Source: Desulfuromonadales bacterium
Lineage (GTDB): Bacteria; Desulfobacterota; Desulfuromonadia; Desulfuromonadales; JAGXHI01
Length of the DNA stretch: 64,000 bases
Direction: 5' to 3'
Assembly (NCBI GenBank): GCA_024636295.1
Contig: JAGXHI010000042.1
Coordinates: 7,647 to 71,646 of the forward strand
Shown: positions 34,530 to 43,282 of the stretch, one piece after another
How positions within the stretch are numbered: the first letter of the stretch is position 1
How the letters are laid out: each line of letters starts with the position of its first letter
Position numbers and translations under genes: made by a program
The notes under the pieces: model-generated
Databases searched by the model: none
The model's input: the letters and a program-made list of their open reading frames with translations, nothing else
What the model was told of the DNA's origin: nothing

Positions 34530-36239
34530 CTATTCAAAGAATGACATGATTTTTTCGATCACGGTGTCAAGAACCCCTTCGCCATCCTCGAGCAGGTAAC
34601 CGAAGGCCTTGGTGTGCTGGTTGAACGAAGTCAGCTCTCCTGCCTGATCCTCGTTGATCCATTCGGCCCGGTGACACGCGCCGCAGGCTCTTGAACCAGG
34701 CCCGGTGACGTAGCTCGGCACGGTCCCGATATTCCTGTCGATCGTATCATTGGGATCCGATGCCGAAAGGATGCCGGACAGCGACCTGGACTGATCCGGC
34801 ACATTGAAGGTTCCCGCGACGTGGCAGGACTCGCAGTTGGTAATTCCATGGGTGGGATACGGGAAGTTGATGTGGTGCTCGTATTCCAGAGCTTCCACGG
34901 GATCGGTGAAATCGATGTCACCGAAGTCAAAATACTGCATGGAATGGATCGAATGCGCATAGGAATCGATGGACCTGGACTGCATCTCCAGGTGGGATCC
35001 GCCGCTCTTGGTGATGTGGCACAGCCGGCAGACGACGATATTCCCGCCCCTGTCGGGCGAATGGAAGGTCGTTGAGAGCGCGTCGTGACAGTTGTTGCAT
35101 CCCTCTTCGACTTTCACGATGTCGCCATAGAACCCATCATCGAAAGCATTGGCGCCCAGATCAAAGGTGCGGGAGGGAGCGACAAGGGCGATGACCTCTC
35201 CGTCCGCATTCTGCAGTTCGGGCATGACCGCGATTTCGGCGCGCCTGACGGTTCCGTCGGCCATCATGTCCGCCCACATGGAGAGATCCGCCGTCACTTC
35301 CCAGCTGCCATTGGCGGCGGATACGGTCGTGAACCTCGGATTGACGGTTTCACCATCTACGGGAAATTCCAGCAGCCTGTTCCGTTCAGCGTCACGTTCG
35401 TGAGGACCGACGATGTAATCCTTGGTGTCGTAGCCGTACAGTCCGACCAACACGGTGGGTACGATATTCACGGCATCGAGAGCACCCGCCGTTCCGGTCG
35501 CACTGAAGTTGATGGTCAGGATGTTGCCCGCCAGGGACGCTCCATCGATGGAGACGCTGATCAGGTCGGAATACCGGGTGCCCTGGGCATCGGCGTAGAT
35601 GATCGGGTCATAGCCGTTGTGAAAATCACTGAACTGGTGGCAGTCACTGCACACCATATCCGGCGTATGAAAGCCGGGAAGAAGGGTTTCCAGAGCAAGG
35701 CCGGTGGTATCCACCGTGAAATTGCCATCGCCATCCGGCAGATCCGTTCCACCCGTTATTGGATGGCAACTCTGGCAGGTCTGGTACACGAAGTTCTCGT
35801 CCGCCAGGATGATATCCAGTTTGCCTTCGTGGCAGGTGGCGCAGTTGGCCATGGACTGGGGATAGGGGAATTCCATGGCGTGCGAGCGGTGCACGTCCTC
35901 CATGACGCTGGTGTTGTACTGGTATTGCGCGAAGTCGGCGCCCAGTTCCGTCTCCAGCCAGGCGACCGCTGCATCCTCGTCTACTTCCGCCCTTGCCAGA
36001 AATTCGGCAGCTACTTGGGGATTATCCACCAGAAGCTGCCATTCGAAATGGCCCCCTGCTCCATTGTCCAGATGACAGGCCTTACAGGTATAAAAATCGG
36101 TTGCAGGGTCGTTTTCAACCTGGGCCAGGATGTTGCCGTGCTTGAGATAAGGCACGCTGTGGCATTTTTCGCAGCCTGCGTTCGTTGCGGCGGGGACATA
36201 ATCAACGCCATTGGGTCCTGTCTCGAGCAGGGCCGCATT
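34530..36239 (-). CDS. decahaem cytochrome, C-terminal 569 codons (frame 2 of a frameshifted gene)
   Basis: 9 CxxCH motifs in two clusters (5 and 4), separated by a beta-rich segment of about 160 aa. The track ORF has no signal peptide and overlaps the upstream ORF by 146 nt in another frame. Confidence 0.8.
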   Translation of the reverse strand, partial: NAALLETGPNGVDYVPAATNAGCEKCHSVPYLKHGNILAQVENDPATDFYTCKACHLDNGAGGHFEWQLLVDNPQVAAEFLARAEVDEDAAVAWLETELGADFAQYQYNTSVMEDVHRSHAMEFPYPQSMANCATCHEGKLDIILADENFVYQTCQSCHPITGGTDLPDGDGNFTVDTTGLALETLLPGFHTPDMVCSDCHQFSDFHNGYDPIIYADAQGTRYSDLISVSIDGASLAGNILTINFSATGTAGALDAVNIVPTVLVGLYGYDTKDYIVGPHERDAERNRLLEFPVDGETVNPRFTTVSAANGSWEVTADLSMWADMMADGTVRRAEIAVMPELQNADGEVIALVAPSRTFDLGANAFDDGFYGDIVKVEEGCNNCHDALSTTFHSPDRGGNIVVCRLCHITKSGGSHLEMQSRSIDSYAHSIHSMQYFDFGDIDFTDPVEALEYEHHINFPYPTHGITNCESCHVAGTFNVPDQSRSLSGILSASDPNDTIDRNIGTVPSYVTGPGSRACGACHRAEWINEDQAGELTSFNQHTKAFGYLLEDGEGVLDTVIEKIMSFFE

Positions 36240-36894
36240 AGGGGAATTGCACCTGCCTGACGCGAGAGGGAGGCAGTGTGTCGACCAGCCCGTCGTAGCC
36301 ATATACGACGACAAGGCCATCCTGGGCGTCGAGATTGCCATTGGCGCTCTGGGCGTTGGTGCTCGTGCATCCGCCGGCGCCATTGTCGCTCAGAGTCCCC
36401 TTTATGGCCATCCGTGCGGCGGGATCCATCACGAAACTTTCACCGTCGTACCCGACCCAGTAAATGTTGAGGTTCTGGACCTGGGTGCAATCAAAAGCTG
36501 CGCCATTCTTGGTCATATCGAAGGTGACGATGTCATTGGCGCTGTCGTTCGTGTAGTTCACATTCGACACTTCAATCACGCCCGCCTGATTCAATTGATC
36601 ATAGAACGCCTGGTGTTCATCGCCGGCGCCGGCATGGCAGATTGAACAGGATTCAGGCTCGACAGCCGCAGCGGTCGGACCTTCCCCACCTTCAGGGCCT
36701 TCAGGGCCTTCAGGGCCTTCAGGGCCTTCAGGGCCTTCAGGGCCTTCAGGGCCTGTGGGTCCGGCAGGTCCTTCAGGTCCGGCGACGCCATCACGCCCGT
36801 CATTCCCATCGTCACCTTCACAACCGGTGAAAACAAGGGAAAAAACCAAGAGCATGGCCAATACGGCATACCGCAAAAAGCGACTCCTCTTCAT
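36238..36894 (-). CDS. decahaem cytochrome, N-terminal 218 codons (signal/lipobox, collagen-like tract, first haem, beta-rich domain)
   Basis: The ATG at 36894 lies 6 nt after AAAGGAG. Lipobox LVFTGC, 16 Gly-X-Y triplets and CSICH are present. It stops at a TAA directly after a C4 run. Confidence 0.8.
   Translation of the reverse strand: MKRSRFLRYAVLAMLLVFSLVFTGCEGDDGNDGRDGVAGPEGPAGPTGPEGPEGPEGPEGPEGPEGPEGGEGPTAAAVEPESCSICHAGAGDEHQAFYDQLNQAGVIEVSNVNYTNDSANDIVTFDMTKNGAAFDCTQVQNLNIYWVGYDGESFVMDPAARMAIKGTLSDNGAGGCTSTNAQSANGNLDAQDGLVVVYGYDGLVDTLPPSRVRQVQFP
36689..36751. repeat. 9-bp tandem repeat (CCTTCAGGG)x7, with degenerate copies on both sides
   Basis: Read directly from the sequence. It encodes (GPE)n on the minus strand. 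Confidence 0.97.
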
Positions 36895-37552
36895 CTCCAT
36901 CTCCTTTGTTGCCTCCACCACCCAAATGTTTTGGCTGCACGAATTTGAATCATGAACGATTCACACCTGATATTTACAAATCACCCCCTTTCAAATTCAT
37001 AAGGTGAACCGGGCTTGTTTGAGACTTTTTAAATGTGCGGACTTGAATAAACCAAATAAAATGAATAGCATCAAATGTACCAAATGTTTAAGACCTTAAA
37101 TGAACATGCCGAATCGATGGAAGGATTTGGATTCGCTCTGATTTTCTGGGGCGGAAACTCCGGGAAGCAGTCAATTAGGTGTTTTGATGGAGAGTTCTTT
37201 CAGTTAAATAGCTTACTGTCTGCGTCAAATGACTGAACTCTGCTCCAACCGATATCGAAGGCTACATTTGTTCTCTGATTCCCCCTCAGGACAGGAATTT
37301 TGACCCCTACTTTTTCGGAATCCGGTTCATGAATCTCGCAAATCAATTCGTCAGCACCCAACGGCATCGCCCCTCCCGGGCGAGGGGCGGCCAAGGGATG
37401 ACTTGCTGGTTTATGTCCGAAAACCGGAAGTATTTTCGTTTCGGATGGATACGGGTAAAGCGGAAAAACGAAGTGGGGGGAAATTTGAAAAGAGCGATGA
37501 GACCGTGAAGGATTTTACCATGGCAAAACATTGTGCATGAAACAGCTGTCGC

Positions 37553-39583
37553 TCAATCCTCCAGAAGAGCTTTGATGCCGGCGAAGAAGCTTGCAGCCGT
37601 TTTTTCCTGCTCCCCTGGCGAGAGTTCGGATTTTCCGCCATCGGGGCCTTTTTCCAGAAGTTCCGGGGGGATTTCTCCTAGGAATCGACTCGGTTCCCTC
37701 GTTCTGAGCTTGCCGAACTTCCTCCGCCGGGCGGCGTTCAGGAAGATGAGTTTGCGCCGGGCCCGGGTAATGCCGACATAGCAGAGGCGGCGCTCCTCGT
37801 CCACATCGAAGAATTCCCCAGCGGATTTCCTGTGCGGAAGAAAATCCTCCTCCATTCCCACCAGAAAGACGCAGGGGAATTCCAGGCCCTTGCTCGAATG
37901 CAGGCTCATCAGAACAACGGCGTCCTTTGCCAGTTTTGTTTCCTTGCTGGACCGAACAGGCTCATCCCTGTCGAGCAGGGAGACCTTCTCCAGAAATCCG
38001 GCCAGAGTCGGCAGCGGCTCTCTTTCCTCGTAAGTCGCCAGGGCGTTGAGCACCTCCTCGACGTTTTCCGCCCGCCGTCTTCCCCGGGCGGGGTCCTCGG
38101 CCGTGCGGTAGAGTTCGTCCTCGATGCCGAGATCTTTTATAAAACGCCGTCCGGTTTCGGCCAGAAAGCCCGGTTGCCGGAAGCGGCGCCTGTAGTTCTC
38201 CAGAATGCCCGTGAACTGCTGAAGAGCCTGCACTGTTTTTTCCCCCAGATCCGGGATTCCGAAGGGATCGCTCAGCACATCCCAAAGAGGAACCTCCCGA
38301 TCGGCGGAGGCCCGGATCAACCGGTCGGCCGAGGTTTCGCCGATTCCCCGACGTGGCCAGTTGAGTATTCTCAGCAGATTGACCTCGTCAAGCGGATTGA
38401 CAAGTACCTTGAAGTACGCCAGAACGTCCTTGACTTCTTTTCTGTCAAAAAACTGCTGCCCTCCGATGAGGACATAGGGGATGTTCTCGTACCGAAGCTG
38501 CTCCTCAAAAGCGCGGGACTGTATGTTTGTGCGGTAGAGAACGGCAAAATCCCTGTATTCCATCTTCTGCCGGAAGCGTTCGGCGTGAATCCTCTCCACC
38601 ACCATCCGGGCTTCATCCTCTCCGTCCTCGCATGAAATGTAATCGACGGGTGGTCCCTCCGGACCGGAAGTCCACAGCACCTTCTCCCGTCTTTTTGCAT
38701 TGTGGCGGATCAGGGCGTTGGCCACCTTGAGGATACGCCCGGAGGAACGATAATTCTCTTCCAGTTTTATAATTTGCGCTCCGGGATAGTCCTTTTCGAA
38801 ATCCAGGATGTTTTCCGGCTCGGCGCCACGCCATCCGTAAATGGACTGGTCGTCGTCTCCTACCACGCACAGGTTTCCATGTTCGGCGCATAGCAGATGC
38901 AGAAGGCGGTATTGGGCAAGATTGGTGTCCTGATATTCGTCCACCATCAAATACCGAAACCGCTTCCGGATTTTGCGCAACACGGGGGGGTGCTCCTCGA
39001 GAAGCCGTACGGTCAGCATGAGAATGTCATCAAAATCAAGGGCGTTGAAGGCTTTTAGAGCTCTCTGGTAGCGAGGGTAGATTCCCGCCGCGGCGAGATC
39101 GACGGGATCTTCGCTCGACGGCGCCTTCGCTCCCGGAGGAAGCAGACGATTCTTGGCCCCGGAAATCCGTCCCAGAACCGCCTCTGCATCCATTTTGATT
39201 CCGACTTCCTGCAGGAGATCCCGCACCAGTCGGATCTGATCGGAACCTCCGTAGATGGAAAAGTTGCTTTTGTAGCCCAGCTTGCCGATATCATCTCGGA
39301 GCAACCGCAGGCCAAGAGAATGAAAGGTCGAAATGATCATGCCCCGGCATGCGCCTGCGCCGACCTGCGCCACAACGCGCTCTTTCATTTCCCGAGCGGC
39401 CTTGTTGGTGAAGGTCGCGGCGACGATCTGCTCGGCAGGCACTCTTTTTTCCTTCAAAAGGTACGCGATGCGACAGGTGATCACACGGGTTTTACCGGAT
39501 CCGGCGCCCGCCAGAAGAAGAAGCGCTCCCTCTGTATGGCGCACCGCTGCGCGTTGCTGATCGTTTAGAAAAGACAGATCCAT
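37553..39583 (-). CDS. uvrD: ATP-dependent DNA helicase, UvrD/PcrA/Rep family
   Basis: LNDQQRAAV, LLLAGAGSGKTRV, MVDEYQDTN and VGDDDQSIYGWRGA. The ATG at 39583 (MDLSFLNDQQ) is preferred, because the track start at 39721 reads through a 7-bp microsatellite. Confidence 0.92.
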   Translation of the reverse strand: MDLSFLNDQQRAAVRHTEGALLLLAGAGSGKTRVITCRIAYLLKEKRVPAEQIVAATFTNKAAREMKERVVAQVGAGACRGMIISTFHSLGLRLLRDDIGKLGYKSNFSIYGGSDQIRLVRDLLQEVGIKMDAEAVLGRISGAKNRLLPPGAKAPSSEDPVDLAAAGIYPRYQRALKAFNALDFDDILMLTVRLLEEHPPVLRKIRKRFRYLMVDEYQDTNLAQYRLLHLLCAEHGNLCVVGDDDQSIYGWRGAEPENILDFEKDYPGAQIIKLEENYRSSGRILKVANALIRHNAKRREKVLWTSGPEGPPVDYISCEDGEDEARMVVERIHAERFRQKMEYRDFAVLYRTNIQSRAFEEQLRYENIPYVLIGGQQFFDRKEVKDVLAYFKVLVNPLDEVNLLRILNWPRRGIGETSADRLIRASADREVPLWDVLSDPFGIPDLGEKTVQALQQFTGILENYRRRFRQPGFLAETGRRFIKDLGIEDELYRTAEDPARGRRRAENVEEVLNALATYEEREPLPTLAGFLEKVSLLDRDEPVRSSKETKLAKDAVVLMSLHSSKGLEFPCVFLVGMEEDFLPHRKSAGEFFDVDEERRLCYVGITRARRKLIFLNAARRRKFGKLRTREPSRFLGEIPPELLEKGPDGGKSELSPGEQEKTAASFFAGIKALLED

Positions 39584-39628
39584 GGGAACATCTGAAGAAA
39601 ATGAGTCAGGAATTTGAATGGATTTGAT

Positions 39629-39705
39629 CTCGGGTCTCGGGTCTCGGGTCTCGGGTCTCGGGTCTCGGGTCTCGGACCTCGGACCTTGGACCTTGGACCT
39701 TGGAC
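39629..39705. repeat. 7-bp microsatellite: (CTCGGGT)x6, (CTCGGAC)x2, (CTTGGAC)x3
   Basis: Read directly from the sequence. It lies 46-122 nt upstream of the uvrD start. Confidence 0.97.
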
Positions 39706-39968
39706 CGGGAAGGGATAGCATAGCGACACGGCATAAGGCAAGTTACAAAAATAGTCAGGCGGGGAAGAAAAATAACTTATTGATTCTCAGCGCGAAATTC
39801 TATATCTTGCGCGGCATGGCAAGAATCCTCGTACTCATCATCGGCATCATCTGGGCCTCCCTGCTCCTCATCTCCTGGGGCGGCGCCGACAACCTTTCCC
39901 GCCCTGCGGCTGAAATCCGCCTGAGTCGCTCATCCTGATCCCTCCGGCCTCATTTTCCGGCGGATCGT

Positions 39969-40922
39969 TCAGCGAGGGATTGCCGGATCACAATTTTGCC
40001 CGCGGACGGAATACCCGCTTCCCTGATGCGTTCCCCGGCGCTCCAGCTCATCGTCAATGGCATTGAGAACTTCCCATTTTTTCAGCGACCACAAAGGCGC
40101 CAGCAGCAGGTCTCGCGGTCCGTCGCCGGTCAGGCGATGGATGAGCGTCTCAGGGTGAAGCCTCTCTAAAAAATCGGCCGCCAGTCCGACGTATTCTTCC
40201 TGCTCCAGAATCTTGAAACCGTCCTTTTCGAAAAGATCGCCGAGAGGCGTCCCCTTCAGGACGTGGAGCAGGTGAATTTTGATACCATCCACCCGCAGCC
40301 GCGCCATTTCATCAGCGGTCTCCATCATCTCCCTTTGTCCTTCCCCGGGAAGTCCAAGGACCACATGGACGCAGACCCGCAGACCTCTGTCACGGGCCGA
40401 TTCATGAGCGCGCAGGAATTCTTCGTAATCATGCCCTCGCCTCAGCCTTTTCAGCGTGGCGTCATGGGTGCTCTGCAGCCCGAGCTCGAGCCAGAAGTAG
40501 GTGCGGCGGTGGTATTCGTACAGCAGATCGCATACCTCGGGGGGCAGACAGTCTGGGCGGGTGCCGACAGCGAGTCCCACCACCCCTTCCACTCCAAGGG
40601 CCTCGTCGTACAGGCGGCGCAGTCGTTCAACCGGAGCATAAGTATTGGAAAAAGGTTGAAAATAGGCGAGAAAACGCTCCGCTTTGTACTTGCGGATCAT
40701 TACCCGCTTTCCGCGCTCTATCTGCTCTGATACCGGAGACTCACGATCGATGCCCACCGCGCCCGACCCCCCCGGATCGCAGAACACGCATCCCTGCCGC
40801 GATCTGGTGCTTCCGCGGTTGGGGCAGGAAAATCCCCCATCCACTGAAATCTTGTGCACCCGCACTCCGAAGTGTCGTTTGAGATGTGCGGAGAAGATAT
40901 TGTAGTGTTTCTCGCGTTCCAT
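39969..40922 (-). CDS. TIGR01212-family radical SAM protein
   Basis: FSCPNRGSTRSRQGCVFC cluster, then YFQPFSNTY and GTRPDCLP. Start taken at MEREKHYN. Confidence 0.85.
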   Translation of the reverse strand: MEREKHYNIFSAHLKRHFGVRVHKISVDGGFSCPNRGSTRSRQGCVFCDPGGSGAVGIDRESPVSEQIERGKRVMIRKYKAERFLAYFQPFSNTYAPVERLRRLYDEALGVEGVVGLAVGTRPDCLPPEVCDLLYEYHRRTYFWLELGLQSTHDATLKRLRRGHDYEEFLRAHESARDRGLRVCVHVVLGLPGEGQREMMETADEMARLRVDGIKIHLLHVLKGTPLGDLFEKDGFKILEQEEYVGLAADFLERLHPETLIHRLTGDGPRDLLLAPLWSLKKWEVLNAIDDELERRGTHQGSGYSVRGQNCDPAIPR

Positions 40923-41140
40923 GCCTCGACTATGCCACCATGGGCCGGAGCGGAGCAAGACCTTTTCCGCCGCCTCTCATCTCAGACCTGCAATGGCGAC
41001 CTCTTTCCAACCCGCTTCATTAATCCTTTCTTTATTCCCATGCTTCATTCATTGCATAACACCCGACGACTGATATACTTTGGCTGTTTTTACCGGGCTT
41101 TTCGTCCCCTGCGGACCAGGGATATTTTTCGGACGACGTT

Positions 41141-42793
41141 ATGGAACCGAGTTGCTGCTGGCATAAGGAACAGATAGGACCGGAGGAATGTCCCTTCATT
41201 CGGGACGCCAATGCGGATCTTCTCCTGAACCGCAAGAATCGCGTTCTCCAGTACTGTCTGGAATGTCCGCGGTTCATGGAGGATGTCCGCAGGTTGAGGA
41301 AGGATCCGGATAGCCTGGCCGAAATCCTTCCCTACCTCATGGAGGATCTGCAGGAGTTGAGGATCCGGAATCGACTGCTGAACGGTCAGGTGGAGGTGCG
41401 AAACCGAGAGATCAAGTTTCTTCACGAGGTGAGCCTTGTTCTCCAGACCTCCATGGACGTGGACGAGGTCATCGCCATGGCTCTGACGGCGGTTACCGCC
41501 GGGGAGGGCTTTGGACTCAACCGGGCGATTCTGCTGTTGGTGGACAAAGAAAGGCAGAACCTCAAAGGACATTTTGCCGTCGGTCCCCGACGCAGGGAGG
41601 ACGCGGCGCGCATATGGAAGGAGCTCGAGGAGAAGAACCATTCGCTTCGGGAACTGGCACAGACCTTTTTCGAAATGAAGATGAGTGCCGAAAAGGCCCG
41701 TTTTCAGGATCTCCTGGAGAAACTTTCCGTTCCCCTGAGCCGCAGTAATCATCTGTTCGTGCGCACCTTGAACGAACAGAAATCCAGCCATGTTCAGGAT
41801 CTTTACATGGAGCCGGATATCGACCCGGGACAGGTCGAAGCGCTCGAAGTTCATGAGATGATCCTGGTTCCGCTGATCAGCCGCAACCGCCGCATCGGCC
41901 TGCTGATGGCCGACAACATCATCAACGGACAACCGATCACCACGGACGATCTCCACTCGCTGGAGACCTTTGCCCTGCCGGTCTCCTTCGCCATTGAACG
42001 GGCCGCCCTCTACGAACGCCTTCAGGAGGAATTGACCAAGCTCACCGATGCCAACCGTCGCCTCAAGGAACAGCAGGAGATTATTCTCCGTATGGAGAAA
42101 ATGGCCCTCGTGGGGAAGATCACCTCCAATATCGCCCATTCGATTCGAAATCCCCTGACCATTATCGGGGGGTTCGCCCGGACGCTGATCAAGAATACGC
42201 CTCCCGATGATTCGAAGAGGCATTATATCGAGTCGATCATCGGGGAGGCGAAGCGACTGGAGGAGGTTCTCCAGGAAGTGCTCAATTATTCCGAGTCCCT
42301 GCATCCGACATTTGATCTCTGGGACGTCAACCAGCTCATAACCGGGGTTTATGTGGCACTGCAGGATGATTTCGAGCGGAACGGAATGGAGTGCCGACTC
42401 GATCTCGACTCCACGCTGCCTCCCGTCAGGCTGGATTACAAAAAGATGACGTACTGCCTGCGAAGCATCATCAACAACAGCTTGGAAGCGATGCCCCGGG
42501 GCGGAACTCTGGAGATTCGAACCCTCCGCTCCGATGACGAACTGCTCATTCTGCTGTCCGATTCCGGCCCGGGAATGGGCCCGGAGACGATCAAGGGAAT
42601 TACATCACCCTTTTTCTCCACCAAAGACATTGGCAGCGGCCTTGGGCTGTCCCTGTGCGCCCGCATACTGGAAGGACACGGAGCCGGTTTCACAATCCGG
42701 AGCACCGAAGGTCGAGGAAGCACTTTCCAGATTTCGCTAAAATTATCCATGGAGGAAGAACAACATGGCCCGCTTGCTGGTAGTGGACGATGA
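41141..42793 (+). CDS. GAF-domain sensor histidine kinase with a Cys-rich N-terminal segment
   Basis: H-box NIAHSIRNPL, N-box NNSLEAM and G-boxes DSGPGM and GSGLGLS. A GAF-like region lies at about residues 95-260. The N-terminus is CCWHKEQIGPEEC...YCLEC. Confidence 0.88.
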   Translation: MEPSCCWHKEQIGPEECPFIRDANADLLLNRKNRVLQYCLECPRFMEDVRRLRKDPDSLAEILPYLMEDLQELRIRNRLLNGQVEVRNREIKFLHEVSLVLQTSMDVDEVIAMALTAVTAGEGFGLNRAILLLVDKERQNLKGHFAVGPRRREDAARIWKELEEKNHSLRELAQTFFEMKMSAEKARFQDLLEKLSVPLSRSNHLFVRTLNEQKSSHVQDLYMEPDIDPGQVEALEVHEMILVPLISRNRRIGLLMADNIINGQPITTDDLHSLETFALPVSFAIERAALYERLQEELTKLTDANRRLKEQQEIILRMEKMALVGKITSNIAHSIRNPLTIIGGFARTLIKNTPPDDSKRHYIESIIGEAKRLEEVLQEVLNYSESLHPTFDLWDVNQLITGVYVALQDDFERNGMECRLDLDSTLPPVRLDYKKMTYCLRSIINNSLEAMPRGGTLEIRTLRSDDELLILLSDSGPGMGPETIKGITSPFFSTKDIGSGLGLSLCARILEGHGAGFTIRSTEGRGSTFQISLKLSMEEEQHGPLAGSGR

Positions 42794-43124
42794 ACGGGAA
42801 ATACGCCGCCTGTATGCCGACGAACTTGAAGACCAGGGCTATGAAGTGGAAACCGCCGGAACAGGGGCGGAAGCCGCTCAACTGCTCGAGAACCGGGAGT
42901 TCGACCTGGTGGTCCTCGACATACAGATGCGGGGGGAAAGCGGACTGCAGATCCTGCAGAACATTATCCAGGAAAGAAAGGAGATGCCGGTCATTCTCTG
43001 CACCGCTTTCGGCAGCTATAAGGAAGACTTCTCCTCCTGGCTGGCCGACGCCTATGTCGTCAAGAGTTCCGACCTGACCGAACTGAAACAGGAGATCCGT
43101 CGCCTGCTGGAGAAACGAAAATAA
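42765..43124 (+). CDS. single-domain response regulator (CheY-like receiver)
   Basis: LLVVDDE, DLVVLDIQM and a conserved Lys (YVVKSS). It overlaps the kinase gene by 29 nt. Confidence 0.9.
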   Translation: MARLLVVDDEREIRRLYADELEDQGYEVETAGTGAEAAQLLENREFDLVVLDIQMRGESGLQILQNIIQERKEMPVILCTAFGSYKEDFSSWLADAYVVKSSDLTELKQEIRRLLEKRK

Positions 43125-43282
43125 TTTCTTATGGAGATCCGGAGGCACGGAGAACCACATCTCAAAAACAATGACACGCGGAGAAATACGGATAGTCATC
43201 TGATAAAAACCTCATCAGACCCTCATCCACCATGGTGTGATTTTGAATCAGCGACTTCATCAAATATAGGAGAACCGATTTC

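Noticed and set aside
37200-37394. A 64-aa minus-strand ORF (…MPLGADELICEIHEPDSEKVGVKIPVLRGNQRTNVAFDIGWSRVQSFDADSKLFN) in the gap between the decahaem gene and uvrD.
   Set aside because: It has no recognisable family and no convincing RBS, and it lies in a promoter-type AT-rich spacer. It may be a real small gene or a fragment, but the sequence alone does not support calling it.
39618-39938. A 106-aa plus-strand ORF whose tail (MARILVLIIGIIWASLLLISWGG..., from 39816) looks like a single TM helix.
   Set aside because: The first 30 codons simply translate the 7-bp microsatellite. The 40-aa TM peptide starting at 39816 is possible, but it has no family match and no obvious RBS.
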